A stretch of 64,000 nt of DNA from positions 1 through 64,000 of the forward strand of contig JBKJJJ010000127.1 of assembly GCA_046598045.1 (NCBI GenBank). The letters run 5' to 3'. The notes under the pieces are model-generated. The model was not told the DNA's origin. It saw nothing but the letters and a program-made list of their open reading frames with translations, and searched no databases. Position 1 is the stretch's first letter. Each line of letters opens with the position of its first letter. The DNA is from Candidatus Eiseniibacteriota bacterium. GTDB taxonomy: Bacteria; Eisenbacteria; RBG-16-71-46; DASYSL01. Made by a program: the position numbers and the translations under genes. Positions 18,666-28,300 of this stretch are shown here, piece by piece.

Positions 18666-20578
18666 TTCACGAACGTGAGCTTGCCCGACAGCGATGCGCG
18701 TTCGGCGCCGCTCGCGGGATCCGTGACGTGCAGGCGGTAGAACACGACGCCCGACGCCGCCGAGCGCGGCACGGAGACGCGGCCGATGCCGGCTTCGTGC
18801 AACCCGAGGTCGCGGTGGGCGATCAGCCGCCCGGCCAGGTCGAAGGTCTCGAGCGCGAGCGCGCTCTTCTCCGCGAGCCGGAACTGGATCGCCGATTCAG
18901 CGCGTCCCGGGTTCGGCGCCGCGCCGAGGATCGTGTACGCGGCGACCGGTTTCGGACCGGGATCCCCCACGCCCACGATATACGTCGGATCGGCATACGC
19001 CCAGATCGGGCAGCACTGGTTCTGGCGCTCGCGCATGAACCAAGTGCGGGTCGCGTAGCTGTCCGTATACGGCGTGAACGAGTCGCCGTCGTTCATGTTG
19101 ATGCCGAGGTGAATGATCCCGTCGCCGAGCCCGTTCGGATAGCCGAGCTTGGTCAGGTCCACGCCGAGTTCCGCCGTGTAGCCCTGGTCCGGCGAGGTGC
19201 CGACCGTGTCGACGACCGTCCCCGGCTTGAGCTGGAGCGCCACCTGCGCGCCGAACGCCGTGTCGCGCAGGAAGGGGAGGAAGTCCCGGGCGATCGCCGA
19301 CCCGCTCGCCCCGACCTGGAACGAGAGCGTGCGATTCTTGAGCTCGTGGTCGGAGCCCTGCAGCGTCTTCTCCGTGAGGATGATGTTGAAGCCGTCCCAG
19401 CGATCGGGATCGGCGACGTACTGCACCGCCTGATCCCGCACGTCGAACGCGAAGTACAGCCAGTTGCCCTTGATGATGTACTTGATGGTCGCATCGCCGG
19501 GATCGGCGACGAACGCCACGCCGCCGTTGATCGTCGGCTGGAACTGGCCGGAGCGGTACTTCGCAACACCGGGATAGCTTGCGCGCAGGGCATCGTCGCC
19601 ATAGCGCATGTCGAAACTCGGCGCCGCGGCCCACACGGGGTCGTTCAGGTTGCCGTCGACCACGGGCGCGGCGAGCGCGCCCGCACTCGGGATGATCAAT
19701 TCGGGTGCAATCACGGGGGTTGGCCCCGAGGCAACGTTCACGCTCGGCTTGGCATTGACCCGAACCTCGCCATACCACCCGACATTGCCCCACGGGTCCT
19801 GCCACCACACGCGGTTCGAGCTGAACTTCGTCACGTCGAGCGGCCAGAACCAGTCGGTGTCGTAGATCGAGATGTTCCACTCCATGACGTCGCCGGCGGG
19901 CTGCGTCACGTCGTAGCCCATCGGAGTCAGGTTGAAGCGCATCTCGACCGTGTAACCGCCGTCCAGCTGCGTGGTCTTCGGCGAGAACGCGTGCAGCGTG
20001 TCCTCGTTGACCGTTCCGTCGACGATGTAACCCGCGTCCCAGTTCGCGATCTGCTCGGCAGTACGCGCGGAGCCGCGCGGGTTCTCGCCCCAGCTGCCGT
20101 AGAACGTCGGGACCTGGCCGAGCGGCGGCGTGCCGACGATCGTCTGGTCGTCCCACGACCAGAAGTACTCCGCGACGGGCTTCGGAAAGTTCGGGCTCGA
20201 GTGGTCCTTGAGATCCATGATGAAGCCGTCGAAACGGTTGAACATCGGGCCGCCGCCGACCGACTGGTCCTTGACCCGCGCGCCCATGTAGAGCTGGTTG
20301 CCGACGGTGAGGAACTTGAGCGTGACCGCCGTGGAGTCGATCGGGAGCTTGCCGGCCTCGACCTTGTAGCCGCTGCCCGGCACGCCACTGTCGATGCCGA
20401 AGCGGATCTGGATCGAGTCGGCGAACGCCCAGGCCGCCTCGTTCATGTTGCCGTCGAGCGTGATCGGGGCGCCGTTCGTCGAGCGGGCCCAGATCGCGTC
20501 CTTGCGCTGCGCCAGTGCCGGCGTGGCCATCAACAGCAGGAGCCCGAGGCCGAGCCAGGATGTCAGTCGATTCTTCAT
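18662..20578 (-). CDS. Secreted protein with two CBM9/DOMON-like sugar-binding repeats and C-terminal FlgD/T9SS-like domain
   Basis: Starts MKNRLTSWLGLGLLLL (ATGA overlap with lacI). Two repeats: ITLDGNMNEAAWA...LYMGARVKD...GYTVEMRF and VVDGNLNDPVWA...LYFAFDVRD...GYTAELGV. C-terminal APNPG...FDLAGRLI...SGVVFYRL. Confidence 0.75.
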   Translation of the reverse strand: MKNRLTSWLGLGLLLLMATPALAQRKDAIWARSTNGAPITLDGNMNEAAWAFADSIQIRFGIDSGVPGSGYKVEAGKLPIDSTAVTLKFLTVGNQLYMGARVKDQSVGGGPMFNRFDGFIMDLKDHSSPNFPKPVAEYFWSWDDQTIVGTPPLGQVPTFYGSWGENPRGSARTAEQIANWDAGYIVDGTVNEDTLHAFSPKTTQLDGGYTVEMRFNLTPMGYDVTQPAGDVMEWNISIYDTDWFWPLDVTKFSSNRVWWQDPWGNVGWYGEVRVNAKPSVNVASGPTPVIAPELIIPSAGALAAPVVDGNLNDPVWAAAPSFDMRYGDDALRASYPGVAKYRSGQFQPTINGGVAFVADPGDATIKYIIKGNWLYFAFDVRDQAVQYVADPDRWDGFNIILTEKTLQGSDHELKNRTLSFQVGASGSAIARDFLPFLRDTAFGAQVALQLKPGTVVDTVGTSPDQGYTAELGVDLTKLGYPNGLGDGIIHLGINMNDGDSFTPYTDSYATRTWFMRERQNQCCPIWAYADPTYIVGVGDPGPKPVAAYTILGAAPNPGRAESAIQFRLAEKSALALETFDLAGRLIAHRDLGLHEAGIGRVSVPRSAASGVVFYRLHVTDPASGAERASLSGKLTFVK

Positions 20579-21627
20579 GAGTGTCGCCTCCTGCGATCCG
20601 AGTGATTCGGGAACGCCGCTCTGGGGTCTTCGGGCGCACCACAGGAACGTCGGATCACGAGTTGCGTTCCGACGAGTTCGTGGCGCGGCACGTCGCCCGG
20701 GACGCCTTCCTTCACCTCGATCAGGCGATGGACGGCGCGGGCGCCGAGTTCGATCAGGTCCACGTGTACGGTGGTGAGGGCCGGCGTGAGGTAGCGGGCC
20801 ATGGCGATGTCGTCGAAGCCGGCGATCGCGAGGTCGTCGGGCACACGGAGCCCCGCCTCGGACAGCGCGCTCATCGCGCCGACCGCCATGTAGTCGTTGC
20901 CGAAGAACGCGGCGGTCGGCCGGGGCGAAAGCTCGAGCAGGGTCTCGACGGCGCGATAGCCCGAGGGCTCGGTGAAGTCGCCCTCGATCTCGAGCTGTGC
21001 GTCGTGCGCGATCCCCGCCTCCGCGAGCGCGGCGCGATAGCCCGCGACGCGCTGCTGGGCGTCGATATTGTGCCTGGGCCCGGTCACGGTCGCGATGCGC
21101 CGGTGCCCGAGTCCGACGAGATGGCGCACGACCTGGAACGCGCCGTCCTGGTTCGCGATCGAGATCGTGTCCCACGTCGCGACGCCGAACCCCGGATCGA
21201 GCACGACCACCGGAAATTCCCCGGCCGCGTCGTGCATCGCCGCCGCGGAATCGAAGTCGGGCGCCATGACGAGCAGGCCGTCCACCCGGCCGCGCATCGA
21301 GCGCATCGCCGCCACCAGTCCATGCGTGTCGGAATGCGAACTCGAGACCAGCAGGTGAAAGCCCTCGCGCCGGGCGGCGAGGTCGATGCCACGAATGAGT
21401 TCGGAGAAGAAGTCGCCGTAGAGGTCGGGCAGGAGCACGCCGAAGGCGTGGGTGCGGCTGGTGATCAGGCTGCGGGCGACGCCGTTCGGCCAGTACTTGA
21501 GGCGCCCCGCGACGTCCTTGACCCGATGGCGCGTCTCGTCGGAGACGAGCTCGCTGTCGTTGAAAACCCGGGACACGGTGGCCACCGAGACTCCTGCCTC
21601 ACGCGCGACGTCTTTGATGTTGGCCAT
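20575..21627 (-). CDS. LacI-family transcriptional regulator
   Basis: MANIKDVAREAGVSVATVSRVFN HTH; VPDDLAIAGFDD, PALTTV, LVIRRSC. Confidence 0.97.
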   Translation of the reverse strand: MANIKDVAREAGVSVATVSRVFNDSELVSDETRHRVKDVAGRLKYWPNGVARSLITSRTHAFGVLLPDLYGDFFSELIRGIDLAARREGFHLLVSSSHSDTHGLVAAMRSMRGRVDGLLVMAPDFDSAAAMHDAAGEFPVVVLDPGFGVATWDTISIANQDGAFQVVRHLVGLGHRRIATVTGPRHNIDAQQRVAGYRAALAEAGIAHDAQLEIEGDFTEPSGYRAVETLLELSPRPTAAFFGNDYMAVGAMSALSEAGLRVPDDLAIAGFDDIAMARYLTPALTTVHVDLIELGARAVHRLIEVKEGVPGDVPRHELVGTQLVIRRSCGAPEDPRAAFPNHSDRRRRHS

Positions 21628-21650
21628 GAGGAGAGCTCCCGGCCCCCGAG

Positions 21651-21675
21651 CCCGCCCGGGGAGAGCCCGGGCGGG
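21651..21675. terminator. Intergenic GC hairpin without U-tract (mRNA stabiliser or weak terminator)
   Basis: CCCGCCCGGG-GAGAG-CCCGGGCGGG perfect 10-bp stem between the first operon gene and lacI. Confidence 0.45.
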
Positions 21676-21700
21676 ACGGGACCGTGCCTGGAGACGCTGT

Positions 21701-22501
21701 CTAGCGGTAGTCGGCCTTGATCTTGCCCCAGGTCGTGCCGTTCGCAGGCGTCGGGCCGGCGTCGTAGCAGATGTTCGACCACTCGGCGAGCATGTCCGAC
21801 GTGCTGCCGTTCTGGCCCCAGAGGATCTGCACGTAACCACCGGCGTACGCCGGGGACAGGATGCCCCACACGCCGTGCGGGGGATCTTCCGCCGGGTTGC
21901 CGTGATCGAACGCGATCGGGCCGCTCGAGTAGGTGCCGCCGTAGGTCACCGTGTAGGTGATGGTCGCGGGGTCGACGAACGAGACCGAATGCGGATTGTA
22001 GTCGATCTGGAGCGTGATCGGCGTGCCCTTGACATACGCCAGGCCATAGGCACCCGTGAACGAGTAGAACGGCAGGCGACCGCCGAAGCAGGCGATCTCG
22101 CCGTCCGTCGAGCGGACGTTGAACCTGCCATCGACATCGGGCGAGTACCACGGCGAGAGACGAAGCCCCGCCTCGGCGTTGCCGGTGCCGCTGATGACCA
22201 GCGTCGCGCAATAGGAGAACTTGTCGTTGTTGCTGAATGTGGTCGGCGTGGCGCCGCCGTCGGACGAGAAGCTCCAGTTGTGGAGATTGGCGTAGCCGAA
22301 GCAACCGGCGTCGGCGTCCTTGATCCGGATCGCGCCCGGGTAGGCGTTGATCGTGGTCAGGGCTGAACCCGGACAGTCGTTGAAGATGCGGGTCTTGATG
22401 ACGGCACCGTTGACGGCCGGCGTGGCCGAAGCCAGGTTCGCCGAAACCGCGAGTGTCGCCAGCACGAGCGCCGTCACGGCACTGTAGCCAATGCGCTTCA
22501 T
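21701..22501 (-). CDS. Secreted beta-rich hypothetical protein with C-terminal TWGKIKADYR motif
   Basis: GAGGAGG RBS before MKRIGYSAVTALVLATLAVSANLASA (signal peptide); five Cys; ends TPANGTTWGKIKADYR. Confidence 0.85.
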   Translation of the reverse strand: MKRIGYSAVTALVLATLAVSANLASATPAVNGAVIKTRIFNDCPGSALTTINAYPGAIRIKDADAGCFGYANLHNWSFSSDGGATPTTFSNNDKFSYCATLVISGTGNAEAGLRLSPWYSPDVDGRFNVRSTDGEIACFGGRLPFYSFTGAYGLAYVKGTPITLQIDYNPHSVSFVDPATITYTVTYGGTYSSGPIAFDHGNPAEDPPHGVWGILSPAYAGGYVQILWGQNGSTSDMLAEWSNICYDAGPTPANGTTWGKIKADYR

Positions 22502-22686
22502 CGTTGGGGATCCTCCTCTTGAAGGACGATTTTCTGAGACAAGGTTCGACGATGGTTCCAAACGAGAGTCGATGCAGCGGTGATTCGGCGATGCTCGCCG
22601 GAGGCCAGCATGAGGCGTGCGTCGCCGGGGGAAACCGGAGGAAGTCGATGCGAAATCGAGGGATGGCCTTCCGTTCCGATTACTGT

Positions 22687-22721
22687 TGTAAACGTTTACA
22701 TGGCAGGGGTGACAGTGTCAA
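22687..22721 (-). promoter_or_regulatory. Sigma70-type promoter with overlapping LacI-family operator
   Basis: Perfect 14-bp palindrome TGTAAACGTTTACA (22687-22700). On the minus strand, TTGACA (22716-22721) is followed by 17 bp and then TAAACG inside the palindrome. Confidence 0.85.
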
Positions 22722-22779
22722 CGAGGAATCCGGGGAATCGGCCCTCGAGGGGGATCAGTTTTCCCCCGACACTGGCTAA

Positions 22780-23763
22780 CTAATGCAGTTGCTTCACCGC
22801 CGCGGTCAGGGCCGGGACGATCTCGAACGCGTCGCCGACGATCCCGTAGTCCGCGATCTTGAAGATCGGGGCGTCGGCATCCTTGTTGATGGCCACGATG
22901 CAGCGCGACGACGACATTCCGGCGAGGTGCTGGATCGCGCCCGAGATCGCGATCGCGACGTAGAGCTTGGGCGAGACCGTCTTGCCGGTCTGGCCGACCT
23001 GGTCGCCATGCGGCCGCCAGCCGGCGTCGACCACGGCGCGCGAGGCCCCCACCGTGCCGCCGAGCGCGGCCGCGAGGTCTTCGATCAAATTGAAGTGCTC
23101 GGGTCCCTTGAGCCCGCGCCCGCCGGAGACGATCACGTCCGCCTCGGTCAGGTCGGCCGGGCCGCCGGTGGCCGCCGAGAGCGCGGTGACGACCAGCTTC
23201 GAGTCCTGCGCCGCGTCGAACGCGAGCGCGAGCGGCGTCACCGGCGCGGCCGCGCCCGGGCGGTGCTCGGTGAGCGGGAATACCTTCGGCCGCAGGCTCG
23301 CGAGCGCGACCGCCGAGCGGAAGCCCACCCTCTGGATCGCCTTGCCCGCGTACACCGGGCGCGTTGCGACCAGCCTGCCGCCCTCGAGGTCGAGGTGGGT
23401 GCAGTCGGACGCGAGCCCGGCCTGGAGGCGTGCCGCGACGCGCGGGGCGAGATCCTTGCCCATCGCGCCCGCGGAGAACAGCACGGTGGCCGCGCCCGAC
23501 TTCTGCTGCGCGGCCACGACCGCCGCCGCGTAGCCCTCGGGCTGGTAGCGGGCGAACGCGGGATCGGCGACAAACCACACCTGGTCCGCACCATGGACTC
23601 CGGCCTGGCCTGCCTTCGCCTCGGCGCCCGGCGCGCCCACGAGCACGGCGACGACCTCGCCGCCGAGTCCGGCGTCCGCGAGGCGGCGCGCCTCGGCGAC
23701 GGCCTCGAACGAGGTCTTCCTGATCTCCCCTTCTCTCTGCTCGAGAAACACGAGGACGCCCAT
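22780..23763 (-). CDS. etfA: Electron transfer flavoprotein alpha subunit
   Basis: [62 protein letters not shown]. Confidence 0.97.
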   Translation of the reverse strand: MGVLVFLEQREGEIRKTSFEAVAEARRLADAGLGGEVVAVLVGAPGAEAKAGQAGVHGADQVWFVADPAFARYQPEGYAAAVVAAQQKSGAATVLFSAGAMGKDLAPRVAARLQAGLASDCTHLDLEGGRLVATRPVYAGKAIQRVGFRSAVALASLRPKVFPLTEHRPGAAAPVTPLALAFDAAQDSKLVVTALSAATGGPADLTEADVIVSGGRGLKGPEHFNLIEDLAAALGGTVGASRAVVDAGWRPHGDQVGQTGKTVSPKLYVAIAISGAIQHLAGMSSSRCIVAINKDADAPIFKIADYGIVGDAFEIVPALTAAVKQLH

Positions 23764-24527
23764 CAGATCACCTTCGCTTCTTCACGCAGGAGACGCACCA
23801 GTTCGGGCACCGCGGCCACCCCCTCGCCCACGATGCGACCCGCGCTGCGCGCGGCCGGGAGCGTGAGGGAGAGCACCTCGAGCGAGGGCTCGCCGAGCCC
23901 GGCGGCGCGTTCCTCGATCGGCTTCTTCTTGGCCGCCATGATGCCCTTGAGCGACGGGTAACGCGGCTCGTTGAGGCCCTTCTGGGCCGCGACCACCGCG
24001 GGCAGCGTGAAGGAGACCTCCTCGACGCCGCCCTCGATCTCGCGATGCGCGTGCGCCTTCGTGCCCGGAGCGACGGCGCCCTCGAGCGTGAGCCTGGTCA
24101 CCACGGTCGCGCACGGCAGCGCGAGCAATTCGGCGAGCATGGGCGCGACCTGCGCGGCGTCGTCGTCCGCGGCCTGCTTGCCGCAGAACACCAGGTCAAA
24201 GCCCTTGCCCGTGATCTCGGCGGCGAGCGCACGTGCAACCTGCAACGTGTCGACCTCGCCGTCGGCGATCAGCAGCACGGCCGAGTCCGCGCCCATCGCG
24301 AGCCCGTTGCGGATCGTCGGGGCGAATCCCTGCGGCCCGACCGTGAGCAGCACGACTTCGCCGGCGCCGGCGGCCTCCTTGAGCTTGAGCGCCTCTTCGA
24401 GCGCGAACTCGTCGTACGGGTTGATCACCATGGAGACGCCGGCGGGATCGAGGCGCTTGCCGCCCCCCTCGATCCTGACGCGCGTGTCCGTCGCGGGCAC
24501 GGGCTTGAGACAGACGGCGATTTTCAC
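23763..24527 (-). CDS. etfB: Electron transfer flavoprotein beta subunit
   Basis: MKIAVCLKPVP, INPYDEFALEEALKLKE, GKQAADDD, NEPRYPSLKGIMAAKKK. Confidence 0.97.
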   Translation of the reverse strand: MKIAVCLKPVPATDTRVRIEGGGKRLDPAGVSMVINPYDEFALEEALKLKEAAGAGEVVLLTVGPQGFAPTIRNGLAMGADSAVLLIADGEVDTLQVARALAAEITGKGFDLVFCGKQAADDDAAQVAPMLAELLALPCATVVTRLTLEGAVAPGTKAHAHREIEGGVEEVSFTLPAVVAAQKGLNEPRYPSLKGIMAAKKKPIEERAAGLGEPSLEVLSLTLPAARSAGRIVGEGVAAVPELVRLLREEAKVI

Positions 24528-24620
24528 GTGGGGTTCCTTGGTCGGAAAATGGTCGTACGCTGGGCAGAGCGCATCCTGCCGATCGGCGCTCGGGCGGTCA
24601 AGGGCCTTGCGGGTGCGGCT

Positions 24621-25271
24621 TTAACGGCCCTTCTCGAGTGCGAGGCGCACGCCGCACGCGACCAACACGAGCCCGGTCAGCCGATCGAACGCCGCCTGCA
24701 CGGCGGGCCGGGCGAGCCAGCGCGCGAGCGGACGGGTGGCGGCAATCAGCGCCGCGAACCACAGGAGACCCTCGAGCGCGTGCACGCCCGCGAGCAGCAG
24801 GCTGAACCCCGTCGTGTTGACCCCCGGAGGCACGAACTGCGGGAGGAATGTCGCATAGAACACGCCGACCTTGGGATTGAGCAGGTTCGTCAGGAGGCCG
24901 CGCCCGAACCAACTCCCGCCCCCGGGCGCCGGGGGCGCCGGGGTCGCCGCGGCCGCCTCCGGGCCAGGCGCCGCCCTGCCGTGACCGGCGCGCAGCAGGA
25001 GCCGAAGGCCCAGGTAGAGGAGGTAGGCCGCGCCCGCGACACGCAGCGCCGTGTAGGCTGCGCGCGAGGCGGCAAACAGCGCGCCGATCCCCACGGCGGC
25101 GACGACGCCCCACACGAGGCAACCGAGGACGATGCCGAACCCGGCCTGCCAGGCGCGGCGGGGCCCTTCGACCGTGGCGGTGCGGAGCACGAGCGCGGTG
25201 TCGAGCCCGGGAGTGATCGTGAGCAGCCCGGCGGCAAGGGCGAAGGCGGCAAGGGCGGCAGGGGGCGTCAT
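24621..25271 (-). CDS. LysE/RhtB-family exporter
   Basis: ITPGLDTALVLR, GAAYLLYLG, GLLTNLLNPK, FLPQF. Confidence 0.93.
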   Translation of the reverse strand: MTPPAALAAFALAAGLLTITPGLDTALVLRTATVEGPRRAWQAGFGIVLGCLVWGVVAAVGIGALFAASRAAYTALRVAGAAYLLYLGLRLLLRAGHGRAAPGPEAAAATPAPPAPGGGSWFGRGLLTNLLNPKVGVFYATFLPQFVPPGVNTTGFSLLLAGVHALEGLLWFAALIAATRPLARWLARPAVQAAFDRLTGLVLVACGVRLALEKGR

Positions 25272-25390
25272 GGCCCCGGGAGGTTACCCGCACGAGAGCC
25301 CCGAAGCCAAGCTGTTGTGCTACAATTTTGGGCCGGATTCGCGCACCGGTTCCCCACTCTTGGAACCGTGCCCGACCGCGGGAGCGACGA

Positions 25391-28300
25391 GTGACCCCAG
25401 CCCGCAAGCGACATTCGCCGACGACTTCGTCGACTTCGACCGTCCTGCGATCGAAACTGGTGCGCCCGAACGAGGGGCCGCGCCTGCTGGATCGCAGCCG
25501 GTTGGTCGACGGGCTCGCCGCGCATGCCGATCGACCGCTCTCGCTCGTCGTGGCCGACGCCGGCTACGGCAAGACCACCGTGCTGGTCGCGGCAAGTCGG
25601 CGACTTCGGCGCCCCGTCCTGTGGTACTCCCTGCTCGCCTCCGACGCCGATCCCGTGGTGTTCGGTCGCCACCTCCTCGCGGTGTTCCGCGCCGACGACC
25701 CGCGCTTCGGACGGGATTTCGAACGCGCGCTCGAGGAGCTCAAGCCGGGCCCACGCGCCGGCGAGTTGCTCGGCGGCGTCCTTGCGAACGCGGTCGCGGC
25801 GCTCAAGGGGCCCGCGCGCCTGCTGGTACTCGACGACTTCCACGAGGTTTCGCAGGCGCCGGGCGTGCTGGCGATCGTCGAGACCCTGCTCCGGCAACCC
25901 TCGGATCGGCTGCAACTCTGGATCGCGAGCCGGACGCCGCCGCCGCTCGCGATCGATCGCCTCCGCGTGCGGGGCGACGTCTTCGAAATCGACTCCAACC
26001 AGCTGGCATTCACGCGGGAGGAAATCGCGCGACTGTTCGGCGACGTGTTCGCCCGGCCCACCGGCGAAGAGGAGGCGGCCGCGCTGGAATCGGCGACGCG
26101 GGGCTGGCCGACCGCACTCCACCTGGTGCATGCGGCGCTCGAGCGGTCCCCCGGCGCGTCCGTGACCGAGGCCCTGCGGGCGGTCTCGGAATCTCCTCTC
26201 GACCTGCACTCGTACTTTTCCTCCGAGGTGTACGCGCGGCTCGATGAGGACTCCCGGCGCGTGATCGGGCGCACCTCCGCGCTCGACCACTTCGACACCG
26301 GGCTCGCCGAGGTGCTCGCCGGCGTCGCCGGCACGCGCCCGATCCTCGCCGGGCTCACCCGACGCGGGCTGCTGCGAAGTTTCGGCTCCGGGGCCGCAAC
26401 GACGTTCGCCTGCCCGGACCTGGTGCGCACATTCGTCCGGGGCACGATCGAGGAGGCGGGCGGCCCGGAGTCGTTGCGCCGCCTCGAAGCCGACACCGCG
26501 CTGGCCTTGCGCGCCCGAGGCGAAACCGAGCGCGCCTTGCGGCACGCGCTGCGTTCCGGCGATGCGGACGTCGCCTGCGCGCTCACCGGTGAGATCGCGT
26601 CGGCGCTGCTGCGCGAAGGCCGTGCGGCAGCCCTGCTCGAGTACCTGGCCGCCCTGCCCGTAGCCCGGGTCGACGCCGACGCGACCCTGAGGCGCTTTCG
26701 CGCCGACGCGCACCAGGCGGTAGGCCAATGGAACGAAGCGGCGGTCGATTACGAGGCCGCGCTCGCCGCCGCCCGCGCGCTGCCGGACCGCGAGGCGGAG
26801 GCGCGCGCGCTGCTCGGGCTCGGCAAGGTGTGGAACCTGCGGGGGCACCACGAGCAGGTGCTCGGTCTCGCCGAACGCGCGCTCGCCGGCGCGCGCGACC
26901 TCCCGCTCGACGTCCGTGCCCGGTTCCTGCAGACCAAGGCGGCAGCGCACTTCTACCTCGGGCAGTTCTCCGCCTCGGTGGCCCTTCTCGACCAGGTGCG
27001 CGCATTGCTCGGCTCCTCCCCGGACCCCGACTTGATCGTGCCGACCGTGCACAACCTGGCCATCGCCTACGCGGCCCAGGGGCGCTATCGCGAGGCCTCC
27101 GTCGAGTTCCGGGCTGCGCTCGCCCAGGTGCGCGGCGCGGCGTCGCCGCGGGCTCCGCTGTATCTTTCCAATCTCGCAACGCTCCTGCTTGAGATCGGCG
27201 AATGGAGCGAAGCCCGCGCCGCCGCCGAGGAGGGCCTGGCCGCCGCCCAGCGTTTCTCCAACCGCATGCACGAGACCATGTGTCACGAGGCGCTGGCCGA
27301 GGTGCTGGCGCACACCGGGGACCTCGACGGGGCGCTCGCGTCCCTGCGCCGCGCCGAGGAGCTCAATGCCGATTTGCGCATGGACGTCCTCGCAGCCGAC
27401 CTCCTGGCCCTGCGCGGCCGGATCTTCTGCGCGCGCGGACAGTATCGCCGCGCGGTCGAATTCATGACGCGCGCGCTCGATCACCTGGCGGAGCGCCCGG
27501 ACGCGCCCCGCCGGACCTCGTTCGTGACCCAGCTGGCCTGGTGCGAGCTACGGGCCGGTCGGCCCACCGTGGCCCGCGATCGGCTCCGCGCGGAGGTCTC
27601 TGCGGTGGACCAGGGCGAGAACGAGGACCAGCGGATGCGGGTCCACTACTGGCTCGCGGAGTCGCAGCTCGCACTCGGCGAGGCCCCGGACGAAGCCGCC
27701 CGCCACCTCGCGATCGCACTCGCGTGCGTGCGGGTTCGCGGGTACGAGCACTTCCTGCGCGTCCAGGCCCGCGAGGAGCCGGCGCCGATGCTGCACGCGC
27801 TCGAACTCGGCATCGAGGTCGACGCCTGTGCGGGCGCGCTGGTCGAGGCCGGGGCGACCGTCGAGGCGCCGCTGCTCACGCTCCTCGGCGCGGCCCCGAT
27901 CGCGGTCGGGGAAGCGGTGCTGACCGTGCTCGCCGAGATCGGGGGCGACGCCGCACTCGAGGAACTGCCCGCAATCGCGCGCGCGCGGCGTGCGCTCGCG
28001 CCGGCGGCGCGCACGGCGCTGCGGCACATCGAGGAGCGGGTCCGCCGCGGCCGTGCGCCCGGCGCGGGAGGCAGGGCGCGCCCCGGCGTTGCGTCGGTCG
28101 ACGGCCCCGGCGCGGCACGGCTGGTCCTGTTCGGGCCGCCGCGGCTCGAGATCGACGGCCGGCCGGTGCCCGCCTCCGCGTGGCGCACGCAGCGGGCGTT
28201 CCACGTCATGCTCGCCCTCGCGCTCCAGCCCCGGGGGATGTCCCGCGAACTGCTCATCGAATCATTTTGGCCGGGACGTCAGGCGGCGGCCGGACGTCGG

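Noticed and set aside
2064..21840. Apparent long N-terminal extensions or fusions in the ORF track (e.g. 12691-18567, 5061-7595, 2882-5302)
   Set aside because: True starts are the ATG/GTG codons overlapping upstream stops. The extensions are off-frame readings of neighbouring genes.
22780..24527. etfBA as part of the glucan operon
   Set aside because: A separate promoter-operator lies between etfA and the operon, and the function is unrelated housekeeping.
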